A stretch of DNA of 64,000 bases from an uncultured bacterium (GTDB lineage: Bacteria; Verrucomicrobiota; Verrucomicrobiia; Limisphaerales; UBA8199), in the NCBI GenBank assembly GCA_963749495.1, contig CAVVMW010000008.1:160001-224000 (forward strand). The letters are read 5' to 3'. Positions 21,752 to 31,834 of the stretch are shown here, piece by piece. Both the position numbers and the translations under genes were made by a program. Within the stretch, counting starts at the first letter, position 1. Each line of letters begins with the position of its first letter. The notes below the pieces were generated by a model. That model made no database searches. It was given only the letters and a program-made list of their open reading frames with translations, and was not told the origin of the DNA.

Positions 21752-21944
21752 ACTCCGAGAGTTGAACTACGATTTCAAGGAGCAGTTCCATTACCAGGAG
21801 CGCTACAGGCTCCGAGGGGGCACGCACATTATCCACGTGCCGCGGAAGGATCTCCTCGACGAGGAGTACGTGCGCATCACGCTCAGGCAGGCTGGGCAGT
21901 CGAGGAAACAAATCGAGCAGTTTATCGTCGAGGCCAAACCTTAA
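21723..21944 (+). CDS. HicA-like small protein (putative toxin)
   Basis: FVNKLRELNY...IHVPRKDLL...VRITLRQAG fits a HicA-like layout; paralog at 42341. Confidence 0.6.
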   Translation: MISKRRFVNKLRELNYDFKEQFHYQERYRLRGGTHIIHVPRKDLLDEEYVRITLRQAGQSRKQIEQFIVEAKP

Positions 21945-21953
21945 GGCTTAACC

Positions 21954-23546
21954 ATGGCATTACACGGACATTGTTTCATCGGCGGCCAACTCAGCGCGGG
22001 CACGGGCGAGAGATTTCGCGCCATCAGCCCGCTCGACAGCACGGAACTGGCGCCGGACTTTTATCGGGGCGGGGCCAAGGAGGCCGACGCCGCCCTGCAA
22101 TTGGCGGAGGCGGCCTTCCGGACGAGCAGCCAGACAACGGGTGCGCAACGGGCAGCCCTGCTCGAGCGCATTGCTGACGAGATCTTGGCCCTGGGTGACG
22201 ACTTGATCTCCCGCGCCCGGCAGGAGACGGGACTTCCGGAGACGCGCCTTGTGGGCGAACGCGCGCGCACGACCGGCCAGCTCCGGCTCTTCGCCCAGGT
22301 CGCCCGCGAAGGGTCCTGGGTGGACGGGCGCATCGATTCGGCCATCGCCGACCGGCAGCCACTGCCCAAACCGGACCTGCGCCGGATGCTCGTGCCCATC
22401 GGCCCGGTGGTCGTCTTCGGGTCGAGCAACTTCCCGCTCGCCTTCTCGGTGGCGGGCGGCGATACCGCCTCGGCGCTGGCCACCGGCAACCCGGTCGTAG
22501 TCAAGGCCCACAGCGGCCACCCGGGCACCTCGGAACTGGTGGCGGGCGCCATCGTGCGCGCCATGGCATCGAGCGGCATGCCCGCGGGCCTCTTCTCGAT
22601 GCTGCACGGCGCGGGCAAAGTCCTGGGCCTGGCCCTGGTGCAACATCCGCTGGCCCGGGCCGTTGGGTTCACCGGCTCCCGAAAGGCCGGACGCGCCTTG
22701 TTCGACGCCGCCGCTGCCCGGCCCGAGCCCATCCCGGTCTTTGCCGAAATGAGCAGCCTCAACCCGGTCTTCATCCTGCCCGGCGCGCTCCATGAGCGGG
22801 CCGGCCGGATTGCGGAGGGTTTGTCGGCCTCGATGACGCTCGGCGTCGGCCAGTTCTGCACCAAACCCGGCTTGGTATTTGCCCTCGGGGGCGCCCAGTT
22901 CGGTCAATTCCAGGAGGCCCTGGCGCGCTCGATCCAGGCCGTGATGCCGGCGACCATGCTCCATGCCGGGATATACGATGCCTACCACCAGGGCCTGGCC
23001 AGGATGTCCGGCAAGACGGGCGTTGAGTTGCTCGCCTGCTCGAAGGAATCCCCCGATGCCAAACGGACCCACGGCCAAGCCATGGTGATGCGCACCGACC
23101 TGGACACCTTCCGGAAAAACCCCGAGTTGGCGGGCGAGGTCTTTGGTCCGTTTGCCCTGCTCATTTCCGCGCCGGCCATGGCCGGGCTCCAGGAAGCGGC
23201 CCAGGCCCTGGAAGGCCAACTCACCGCCACCGTGCACGGCACACCCGACGACCTCCGCCAGGCCGCGCCGCTCCTGCGCATCCTCGAACGCAAGGCGGGG
23301 CGCCTCATCCTCAACGGCTTCCCCACAGGCGTCGAGGTCTGCCCCTCGATGCATCACGGCGGCCCCTACCCCGCGACCACCGACGTGCGGTTCACCTCGG
23401 TCGGCACTGCCGCGCTCCATCGGTTCGTGCGCCCGGTTTGCTACCAGGATTTCCCCCAGGCCCTCCTCCCCGAGGCCCTCAGGGACGACAATCCCCTGCG
23501 CCTCTGGCGCACCGTCAACGGAAAGCTCGCCGCGCCCGAGAGGTGA
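21954..23546 (+). CDS. NADP+-dependent aldehyde dehydrogenase (alpha-ketoglutaric semialdehyde dehydrogenase type)
   Basis: SNFPLAFSVAGGDTASALA, FTGS, AEMSSLNP, GQFCTKPG and HGGPYPAT. Confidence 0.92.
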   Translation: MALHGHCFIGGQLSAGTGERFRAISPLDSTELAPDFYRGGAKEADAALQLAEAAFRTSSQTTGAQRAALLERIADEILALGDDLISRARQETGLPETRLVGERARTTGQLRLFAQVAREGSWVDGRIDSAIADRQPLPKPDLRRMLVPIGPVVVFGSSNFPLAFSVAGGDTASALATGNPVVVKAHSGHPGTSELVAGAIVRAMASSGMPAGLFSMLHGAGKVLGLALVQHPLARAVGFTGSRKAGRALFDAAAARPEPIPVFAEMSSLNPVFILPGALHERAGRIAEGLSASMTLGVGQFCTKPGLVFALGGAQFGQFQEALARSIQAVMPATMLHAGIYDAYHQGLARMSGKTGVELLACSKESPDAKRTHGQAMVMRTDLDTFRKNPELAGEVFGPFALLISAPAMAGLQEAAQALEGQLTATVHGTPDDLRQAAPLLRILERKAGRLILNGFPTGVEVCPSMHHGGPYPATTDVRFTSVGTAALHRFVRPVCYQDFPQALLPEALRDDNPLRLWRTVNGKLAAPER

Positions 23547-23926
23547 CCTGCCGCCCCAAAACCTCGGCTAAGGAATCTTCTTGTGCCAGATCTACAGGGA
23601 GAATGGGACCTGCTCAGTTTCCGGGCCAATCGAGCAAAGTTAGAGAACGGAATACGCGGAAAGCCTTTTGTTTCCCGCGTATTCCGCGTATTCCGTTAAC
23701 CGATCCATGGCCCTGCGGCGCTCCCCGAAACCTTTCTTCTGGCTCGGTGTTTGGCAGGATGGAACTGGTGGAAAGGCAAGGTCCGGGTTCCGAGTGCTTG
23801 GGTGGAGCGTGGGGACTGTGGGGAAGGTGTAGAGCGCGGGGAGTGTCCGAGTGTGAAGCGTCCTGAGCGCGGACGGCGCTTGGACGCTCTCACGCTCCAC
23901 GCCCGGCACGGCACCGGGCGCTATTC

Positions 23927-24069
23927 AGAGCCTGTCCCAAAGGCTCTGATTCCGGACCTTTGTCGCAGCCTTTGTCGGCACCTTTGTCGAGAAATGGCCA
24001 ATCCGCCAAAGGTTTCGACAAAGGCTGCGACAAAGGTTCCCTACGCGCGGGGTTTTTGGGACAGGCTCT
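23927..24069. mobile_element. MITE with 15-bp TIRs and an internal (CCTTTGTCG)n/(CGACAAAGG)n palindrome
   Basis: AGAGCCTGTCCCAAA ... TTTGGGACAGGCTCT is a perfect inverted pair. Confidence 0.75.
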
Positions 24070-24180
24070 ATTTAGTTGAACAAAGGCAGCCTGGCGGCAG
24101 TCCAAGTGGTGATTCGGTTTCAGTCCGAGGTCCGGAAACAGCGGCAGTGATTTTAATTTTCTCTTGCTCTTAAACCCACA

Positions 24181-25236
24181 ATGAACTCACGAACCCACAA
24201 GCACGGATGGTATTTCTGCCTCGGGGCCTTGGCCGCCGGGGGTCTCTGCTGGTCTGCGCAGGCCGGGGAATTGCTCGCCCCGTTCCGCGTCGAGGCCAAC
24301 GGCAAACCGATCGACATGGAGCAGGGCAACGCCGCGCCGTTCATCACGGATTTCGACGGCGACGGGGTGTTCGACCTGATGCTGGGGCAGCGTGGGGATT
24401 GCAAGCTGCGCATCTACCGCAACGTCGGGAGCAACAAGGAACCCAAGTTCGGCGTCTCGGCCTTCTTCAAGGCCGGGGGCGTTGACGCCAGCCTGCCCGG
24501 TGGCTGAGGCGCCGGCGGCTTCTGTCCACATGGCGTGGACTACGACAATGATGGCCGGATGGATTTCCTGACCGGTTCCATATCTGGGCGCGTCTATCTC
24601 TACCGGCGCAAACCCAACGGCACCTTTGGCTTGCCCGAGACCCTGAAGCTGGAGACGCGCGGGCTGATCGGCGTCGGGGGCACCCCCATCAGCGTCGGCT
24701 CCGGTTCCGCCGTGGCGATGGCCGACTGGTTCGGCTCGGGCAAACTCGACCTCTTTGTTGGCACCGCAGACGGCTCGGTCTATCTGCTGCGCAACGAGGG
24801 GACTCGCGAGAAGCCCGTGTTCCGGCGCTCCGAACGTCTCAAGGCCGATGGCAGGACCATTTCCGCCGACGGCGGGGTGGCCGGTCCGTTTGTGGCCGAC
24901 TGGGATGGGGACGGCAAGCTCGATTTGGTGCTCGGTTGCGGCTCGGGCCGTGTGGTTTATTACCGCAACATCGGCGAGAAGGGCCGGCCGCAGTTGGCTG
25001 GCGGCGTCACCCTGGTCGAACCGCTCCCGGCCCGCGACCAGTCCAATACCCGCAATCCCACCCGCAGCGGGCTCAACGCCAAAGTCTGTGTCGCCGACTG
25101 GAACGGCGACGGGCGCCCCGACCTCATTGTGGGTGATTACGTGTACGGCAACGGCGGTCTGCACGGCTGGGTTTGGGTCTATCTGCGCAATTCAGTGGAG
25201 CAAACCGCCCAGTTGGATAAGGGGCAGACGCATTAG
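24181..25236 (+). CDS. Secreted FG-GAP/VCBS repeat beta-propeller with in-frame TGA at 24505-24507 (candidate selenoprotein)
   Basis: ORFs 24181..24507 and 24535..25236 share a frame; five D-[FYW]-x-[GN]-x-G-x-x-D repeats; signal peptide only on the first part. Confidence 0.7.
24524..24540 (+). promoter_or_regulatory. Candidate SECIS-like hairpin
   Basis: Perfect 6-bp stem GTCCAC-ATGGC-GTGGAC after a 16-nt gap from the TGA. Confidence 0.4.
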
Positions 25237-25265
25237 CCGATCCTTTCCTGCAGGGGCGCAGGGGC

Positions 25266-25400
25266 GTGAAACGTGATGCGTGAAACGTGATGCGTGAAAC
25301 GTGAAACGTGAAGCGTGAAGCGAGCACCGGGGGGCGGAAGCTGGAAGGGGCACTCTGACCCGTCTGACGCGTCCGACCCGTCCGACCTGTCGGACGGAGG
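25266..25400. repeat. Heptamer (CGTGAAA/CGTGATG) and 9-mer (GTCCGACCC-like) tandem arrays
   Basis: Read directly from the sequence. Confidence 0.8.
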
Positions 25401-25431
25401 AGAGGGGAGGGAAGACGGTGAAACGTGAATT

Positions 25432-28400
25432 ATGAACTCGACCAAACCACGTCCCCTTTTTCGTCTTTGCCTGGTGCCGCTGCTGGCTCTGACATTGCTC
25501 GGCGCGCCAGGGCAGGCCAGGCCGCAGGCGGCGCCGGCGCCCATGCCCGCCCCGACCCAGGCGGCCGGCGCGCTATCGCGTGAGGACCAGGAACTGGAGA
25601 TCGATAAGCAACATCTGCGGCTCATTTACAAGGCCATCCAGGCCTACCGCCAACAGCATGGCGACCTGCCCAATTGGCTCTCCGATCTGGTCCCCGGGTT
25701 CCTGCCGGACACCAACGTCCTGATGTCCCCGGTGGAACTGCGCACGGGCAGATCGGTCTTGTGGGGATACGACGACCCCAAGGTGAAGAGTTCCTACATT
25801 TACGAGTTCAACCAAAGCAATGCCGGCGGGCGGAGGGACCAGGACATTCCGCTCACCATGAAGCAATGGAAGATGCTCCAAATGGAGGAGTTCGGCCCGG
25901 TGGTCCCGCTGCTGCGCTGCCACCTGCACGAGCAGGTGCTCAACCTGACTTACTCGGGAGAGCTTTATCAAACCGCCCTGTTTTGGGAATCGGACACCAA
26001 CACCCTGGCCCTGATGGCCAGGCTCGGCCCAGGCCCCGGCGCCCGCGACACAAAGCAGTTGCGCGTGACGGTCGTGGACGCCGCCAGCGGCGAGCCGGTC
26101 CCGGCTGCCCAGGTCCTGGCCTCGGACCGGCAGAGCGAGTTCGGGCCGCTCCCGCCCCGCCGCCTGACGACCGACGCCAAGGGACAATGCGAGGTCAATC
26201 TGGGCGGCAAACGCCCCAAGGCAATCCACCTGCAAATCACCAAGCCCGGCTACGCCACCGCGCAGGTGCAATGGGATGAAGCCGGCATCCCCGAGGAATG
26301 GAGCGCGCGATTGCCCAAGGCCGTCACGGTGGGCGGCCTGGTCAAGGACACCCAGGGCAAACCTGTCTCCGGCGCGATCGTCGTCATCAGCGGCCTGGCG
26401 CGCGACGCCGTGGGCCAGGTCGTGCTCACCGAATACGAGTCCGTGCGGACCGAGGCCGCCGGCAAATGGAGCTGCCATTGCGTGCCGGCCGGCTTTGACG
26501 GCCTGAACTTCAAGCTCGTTCATCCCGACTTCATGCCGGCCGAGTTCGACCAGGCGACGCCCGACAGCCCCACGGGCAAGGTGGTGACCAAAGAGGCCCT
26601 GCTGGCCGGCACCGCGGAAATGCAGTTGCAGCCGGGAACGGTGGTGGAAGGACAGGTGCAGGATGAACGGGGGCAGCCCGTGGCCCGGGCCCAAGTCGTT
26701 CTCCAGTTGACCGAGAACGAAACCACCACCAGCCGCTCCCTGGAAACGAGCGCCGCCGGCCGTTTCCGTTTCGTCGTGACCGTGACCGGCAGCGGCAGGC
26801 TGATAGCCGACGCCGCCGGTTTTGCCCCCAAACACTTCGCCCTTCCTCCACTCGAGGGCCAACCGGCCATCGACCCCGTCACCTTCACGCTGGCCAAAGG
26901 CCGGACCGTGCAAGGGCGCGTGGTGGATGCCGATGGCCAGGCGGTCGCCGGCGCTAACATCTCGGTGGCCTCGTGGAACAACTTCGGGCCGCTCAAATGG
27001 CAAGCGCAGTCCGATGCCCAAGGCCGTTTCACCTGGGACTCCGCCCCGAGCGAGCAGACAACGCTCCAGATTTCGATGCCCGGATTCGTGGACACCTACG
27101 ACCAATTGCCGCCCCCGGCAACCCGCGACTGGTCGGTCCGCCTCGACAAGCCCTTCGCGCTCTCCGGCAAAGTCCTCGATGCCGAGACCGGTGAGCCGAT
27201 CCAGAGCTTCAAGCTCACCCGGGGCTACAGCTACGGCTTCTATACCGGGAGCGATGACGAGCCGGTTCAATGGGACCAGAATCCAACGCTCCCGGGCGCC
27301 AATGGCAGCTATTCCCTCGCCCCGACGGATCAGCGTGGCGGCCGCATCAAGTACATGGCATCGGCCGATGGGTATATCCCCGCAGCCACCCCGGCCTACG
27401 AACAGCGCGGCGCCCACGTGTTCGATTTCAAGCTCAAGCGCGGCAAGGGCGTGGCTGGCGTGCTGCAGTTGCCCGGCGGCGAGCCGGTCGCGGGCGCTGC
27501 GCTCTTTCTGGCGGACAAACGCAATAATGGCGCCTACATGGACAAAGGGGGAGAATTCCGCCCCGAAATCACTCGCAGTCAGCGGGCCGTCACCGATGCG
27601 CAGGGCCGCTTCCAGTTCCAGCCCATTCTGGACCCGCACAGCATCCTGGTCGCCCATGAAAAGGGCTATGCCGAAGTCCGCGTGGATGAAGTGGCCGCCA
27701 CGGGCAAGGTCGTGCTCCAGCCCTGGGGCCGCGTCAAGGGCACGGTGAAGGTGGGCCAGCCCGGGCAAAACGGCCCCACCCGCCTGGTTGCCCTCAACAA
27801 CATGCAATACCGTTACAGCGGGGCCGACCGCCAGTTCCCCGCACTGGCCCTCTATCTCACCACTGAAATCAACGACAACGGCACCTTCGTCTTTGACAAA
27901 GTGCCTCTAGGCGATCGGAAGGTTTACTTGCAATACAAGCTCCGGGAGGACGGGCGCGGGTTTATCCCGCTCAGCCATGGCATCTTCGTCAATGTCAAGC
28001 CCGGCCAGACCACCGAAGTCACTCTGGGCGGCACGGGCCGCCCGGTCATCGGCCGCATAAAGACTGTCGGGCTTGCCGAGACGGACATCGATTGGCGCCG
28101 CGACGTACACACGCTGAACCTGAATCTCACGGCGGACATCGATAAACAAGCCCCCTACTCCCGGCAATTCGCCTCCGATGCCGAGCGTCAGAAGGCCTTC
28201 CAGGACTACCAGAACCAGCAGCGGGCCTACTGGACCTCCGAAGAGGGACGCACCCGCCAACGCGAGTCCAGGTCTTATCTGTTGCTCTTCAATGAAGACG
28301 GCAGCTTCCGTGTCGATGCCGTTCCTCCGGGGACTTACCTGCTGAACGTCACGCCCACCGAGCCCGGCGAACAGCAATTCCAGGACAAACCCTTGGGCAC

Positions 28401-28515
28401 ATTGTCCAAAGAAATCGTCGTCCCCGAGGCCCCCGCCGACCAGCGCGACACCCCCTTCGACCTCGGGACACTCGAATTGAAGATCAACAAGAGTCAGTCG
28501 GGCGGGAACCGGTAG
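25432..28515 (+). CDS. Large secreted protein with multiple carboxypeptidase-regulatory-like beta-sandwich repeats and an N-terminal pilin/DUF1559-like helical region
   Basis: Signal peptide; HLRLIYKAIQAYRQQHGDLPNWLSDL; repeated G-x-V-x-D-x-x-G-x-P-V-x-G-A...TD-x-x-G-x-F. Confidence 0.85.
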   Translation: MNSTKPRPLFRLCLVPLLALTLLGAPGQARPQAAPAPMPAPTQAAGALSREDQELEIDKQHLRLIYKAIQAYRQQHGDLPNWLSDLVPGFLPDTNVLMSPVELRTGRSVLWGYDDPKVKSSYIYEFNQSNAGGRRDQDIPLTMKQWKMLQMEEFGPVVPLLRCHLHEQVLNLTYSGELYQTALFWESDTNTLALMARLGPGPGARDTKQLRVTVVDAASGEPVPAAQVLASDRQSEFGPLPPRRLTTDAKGQCEVNLGGKRPKAIHLQITKPGYATAQVQWDEAGIPEEWSARLPKAVTVGGLVKDTQGKPVSGAIVVISGLARDAVGQVVLTEYESVRTEAAGKWSCHCVPAGFDGLNFKLVHPDFMPAEFDQATPDSPTGKVVTKEALLAGTAEMQLQPGTVVEGQVQDERGQPVARAQVVLQLTENETTTSRSLETSAAGRFRFVVTVTGSGRLIADAAGFAPKHFALPPLEGQPAIDPVTFTLAKGRTVQGRVVDADGQAVAGANISVASWNNFGPLKWQAQSDAQGRFTWDSAPSEQTTLQISMPGFVDTYDQLPPPATRDWSVRLDKPFALSGKVLDAETGEPIQSFKLTRGYSYGFYTGSDDEPVQWDQNPTLPGANGSYSLAPTDQRGGRIKYMASADGYIPAATPAYEQRGAHVFDFKLKRGKGVAGVLQLPGGEPVAGAALFLADKRNNGAYMDKGGEFRPEITRSQRAVTDAQGRFQFQPILDPHSILVAHEKGYAEVRVDEVAATGKVVLQPWGRVKGTVKVGQPGQNGPTRLVALNNMQYRYSGADRQFPALALYLTTEINDNGTFVFDKVPLGDRKVYLQYKLREDGRGFIPLSHGIFVNVKPGQTTEVTLGGTGRPVIGRIKTVGLAETDIDWRRDVHTLNLNLTADIDKQAPYSRQFASDAERQKAFQDYQNQQRAYWTSEEGRTRQRESRSYLLLFNEDGSFRVDAVPPGTYLLNVTPTEPGEQQFQDKPLGTLSKEIVVPEAPADQRDTPFDLGTLELKINKSQSGGNR

Positions 28516-28585
28516 TATGGCGGCAGCCCACTCTACGCGGATCGTGTTGATTTTGCCGGCTGGCGAAGCCAATGTGGACTGTTTC

Positions 28586-29075
28586 GTCCCGGAGGGACAC
28601 CTGAGAATAGCCCAACGTTTCAACGCCTGTCATTACGCACATCGTTGGCCTCGCTCATTGACTGGAACTTATCGTATCCGTTGCCCTCAGGCCGAAGGCC
28701 TGGCTCATACCAGCCCAGGGCAACGCCCTGGGTTTCCGTGCAGTTTAATTCTGTTGCAGGCCAACGGCCTGCTTCATAGGGGTCATTGGCTGCGGGCACC
28801 TCAAACGGAGGTCGCCGGGCCGCTACGGCAATCCCTTAGCACAATGAGTCGCGCTTTCAGCGCTCAGAATCGGTCTTGGGCCGAAGAACCCAGGGCGTTG
28901 CCCTGGGCTGGTATGAATGACGCCCTTGGCGTCCCAAACTGGCCCGCACTGCCTCCTGGGTGGTGCGTCGCGGCGAGTTCTTGCGCCATGAAGGGGAACT
29001 GATATGACCGGTGAGGAGATGTGGCTAAAAACAAGCGTTGAGACGTTGGGCTATTCTCGGATGTCCCTTCGGGAC
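28586..29075. repeat. Nested REP structure: family A arms (28586-28627, 29035-29075) around a family B palindrome (~28690-28933)
   Basis: Arms match the 16106 element; the inner element has CATACCAGCCCAGGGCAACGCCCTGGGT and its inverse. Confidence 0.8.
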
Positions 29076-29143
29076 AAAGGCCAGGTCCAGAGCGGCGGCC
29101 TGTTGGGCACCTCGCATTTAGAAAGACTCAACATTATCGAACC

Positions 29144-31702
29144 ATGCAACTCACTCCCGTACGCTTCAACATTACGGGCCTGAAATGTCTGCTGCTCCTC
29201 TCTGCTTTCACTGTAGCCACTGAGGTCCCGCTTCATTGCGCCGAGGCCGAGGCGGCCAAGCAAGCCGCCTTTCACCCGATCAATTTATCCGCCTTTGTCC
29301 AAGGATGGGACCAGTTCGGAGACGGTGTTTGTTGGTCGGTGGTGCCGCGCGGCCTGCAGCAGCTCGAGGGCGTGCCGTTCCAGATGGACGGCGTGCTGGA
29401 GGTGATGGGAATGGGGGCCGCGCGGGACAAGTTTGGGGAGAACACCGCCGATGCCCGCGGCCAAGCCATTATTGATTACCCGGCCAACCAGGTCCTGGAA
29501 CTCGCCGTCGAGGTCCGCTCCCCCACCTGCGCCCCCGCGCGCTTCGGCTTCACCAATACCGAACCGGGCAACCTCCCGGCCCGGCACACCGTCACACTCG
29601 AACCCGGCACCCCGCTGGGCGGCATCGTCCGCGACACCGCCGGCCAGCCCATCGCCCGCGCCCGCGTCAGCGTCAACACCATCACCCGGGACGAGGTCGG
29701 CCAGTCCGTCGAGAGCGAGGTTGACGTCGCCACCACCGACTCCGCCGGCCATTGGAGCACCTGCAGCGTCCCGCCCGATTTCAAGTCTCTCACGTTCAAG
29801 CTCACCCATCCCCAATTCCGCCCGGCGGAGTATTTCATTTCCGATTCCACCTCGGCCGCGCCCCAGGAGGGATCCAAGGCCGATCTCCTCGCCTGCAAGG
29901 CCGTCATGGTCATGGAACCGGGCACCACCCTGGCCGGCATCGTCACGAGCCCCAACGGCAAAGCTCTGCCCGGCGCCAAGCTCTTCCTCCGCGACAGCTC
30001 CGACCCGCCCAGGGACCGCTTCACCGAGGCCGATGGCAACGGCCATTTCAAATTCCTCCTGATGGACGCCGGCCAGGGCATCCTGGCCGCCGCCGCCGAT
30101 GGCTTTTGCCCCCAATCCACCAACGTGGCCTTCGAGCCGGGTCTCAAACCGGTCTCTTTCACACTCCAGCCCGCCGGGCCATTCAAAGGGACCGTGCTCG
30201 GTCCCGACCGCAAACCCCTGGCCGGCGCCACCGTCGGCCTGGCCTCGTGGAACGAGTTGCCCTTTCCCCGCTGGCAGGCCGAGACCGATGCCAAGGGCGC
30301 ATTCAGTTGGGATTCCGCTCCCGCCGACGGCGTCGTGTTGTCCGTCCGCAAGGACGGCTACACGACCGAGCAGCAGAATGTGGCCGCCGGCGACGAGGAG
30401 GTGACGCTCGTTTTAAATCCGGTCCCCCAGATCGTCGGCAAAGTCGTCGATGCCGCGACCAAGGAGCCGATCCAGGACTTCCAGATCATTATAGGCCGCG
30501 TCGTTGGCGGCGACGACGTTTCATGGGAACGCTACAGGCCGGTGCAAGGCAGCGACGGCCATTACTCCTATCGCCCCGACGAAAACTTCTACCAGCCCAG
30601 CATCCGGCTCCTGGTCGAGGCAAAGGGATATTTGCCCCAGGCCTCGCCCCCGTTCTCACCCTCGGGTTGGCAGACCAATGACTTCGAGCTCAAAAAGGGC
30701 CACGGCCCCAAAGGCAGCATCAAATTCCCCGACGGCCGGCCCGCCGCAGGGGTGCGGGTGGTTTTGCTCACCGGTGACTATATTCAGCTCAAGAATGCCG
30801 AAATCCAGTCGCGTAGCGGCTTCGGCAGCAGCAGCCCCGTCGCCACCACCGATGTCGAGGGCAAGTTCGCCCTGCCTGCCGCCTACGCCACCCACTTGGT
30901 GGCCGTGAGCAGGGACGGCTACGCCGAGGCCGCCCTCGACCGCCTTGATGCTACCCTGGCCCTGACGCTGCAGCCCTGGGGCCGCATCGAGGGCACCCTC
31001 CGCAATGGCACCCGGCCCGCCATCAATGAATGGGTCATGGTCACTGGTCAAAACGGCGGCTTCACCATGCGCCTCCAATACGATTTCGACACCTACCGCG
31101 TCCAGTCCGACAACCAGGGCCGCTTCGTCCTGGAGAACGTCCCGCCCGGCGAACGCTACCTCACCCGCCTCGTGCAGATGGAGGGCAGGCGCGGCTGGAT
31201 GTTTAGCCATGGCGAAACCATCACCGTCAAGGCCGGCGAGGTCACCCGCCTCACCTTCGGCGGCAAAGGCCGGCCCGTCATCGGCAAGGTCGTTCCCAAC
31301 GAGACCCGCGAGATCCCCTGGCAGTCCGGCAACCATTTCCTCAACACCCCCTTCCCAAGACCCCCCTCGGACACCAGGACCCGCGAACAAATTGAGTCCT
31401 GGAACAACTCCCCGGAAGTCAAGGAGGCCCGCGCCCGCCATCGCACTTACTACGTGCGGTTCAGCGACGACGGCTCGTTCCGCATCGAAGACGTGCCCCC
31501 GGGCAAGTATGAACTGAACCTCACTTTCAGCGAACCTGGCGAGCGGTCGGCCACCATAGTCGCCTCCGGCGGGCGGATTCTCTCCTCCGACACATTCATC
31601 GGCTCGCTCCGCCAGGAGGTCGAGGTCCCCGAATCCCCCTGCCCGACCGATACCCCGCTGGACCTGGGCCGTCTGGACCTGGTGGTGCAGCGGCCACGCT
31701 GA
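29144..31702 (+). CDS. Carboxypeptidase-regulatory-like repeat protein, paralog of 25432..28515
   Basis: Shared segments LQPWGR, GGxGRPVIG, DGSFRxxxVPPGxY and DLGxL. Confidence 0.85.
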   Translation: MQLTPVRFNITGLKCLLLLSAFTVATEVPLHCAEAEAAKQAAFHPINLSAFVQGWDQFGDGVCWSVVPRGLQQLEGVPFQMDGVLEVMGMGAARDKFGENTADARGQAIIDYPANQVLELAVEVRSPTCAPARFGFTNTEPGNLPARHTVTLEPGTPLGGIVRDTAGQPIARARVSVNTITRDEVGQSVESEVDVATTDSAGHWSTCSVPPDFKSLTFKLTHPQFRPAEYFISDSTSAAPQEGSKADLLACKAVMVMEPGTTLAGIVTSPNGKALPGAKLFLRDSSDPPRDRFTEADGNGHFKFLLMDAGQGILAAAADGFCPQSTNVAFEPGLKPVSFTLQPAGPFKGTVLGPDRKPLAGATVGLASWNELPFPRWQAETDAKGAFSWDSAPADGVVLSVRKDGYTTEQQNVAAGDEEVTLVLNPVPQIVGKVVDAATKEPIQDFQIIIGRVVGGDDVSWERYRPVQGSDGHYSYRPDENFYQPSIRLLVEAKGYLPQASPPFSPSGWQTNDFELKKGHGPKGSIKFPDGRPAAGVRVVLLTGDYIQLKNAEIQSRSGFGSSSPVATTDVEGKFALPAAYATHLVAVSRDGYAEAALDRLDATLALTLQPWGRIEGTLRNGTRPAINEWVMVTGQNGGFTMRLQYDFDTYRVQSDNQGRFVLENVPPGERYLTRLVQMEGRRGWMFSHGETITVKAGEVTRLTFGGKGRPVIGKVVPNETREIPWQSGNHFLNTPFPRPPSDTRTREQIESWNNSPEVKEARARHRTYYVRFSDDGSFRIEDVPPGKYELNLTFSEPGERSATIVASGGRILSSDTFIGSLRQEVEVPESPCPTDTPLDLGRLDLVVQRPR

Positions 31703-31834
31703 ACCGCAACGCAGAGCGTCGGAGCGTGCGAGCGTGAAACGCGCGGAACATACGCAGTGGGAGGCGAGGCAGCACGGAATTATGACTATTAAACTTTCAA
31801 CAACGTCGCCCTGCTTGGGCCCCGTTTTTCAGGC

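Noticed and set aside
25573..27807. Long antisense ORFs (also 36492..38291, 47383..49137, 53008..54252)
   Set aside because: These are antisense shadows of real genes, typical of high-GC DNA.
28517..29002. 161-aa ORF (also 16016..16363)
   Set aside because: These are translations of REP palindromes.
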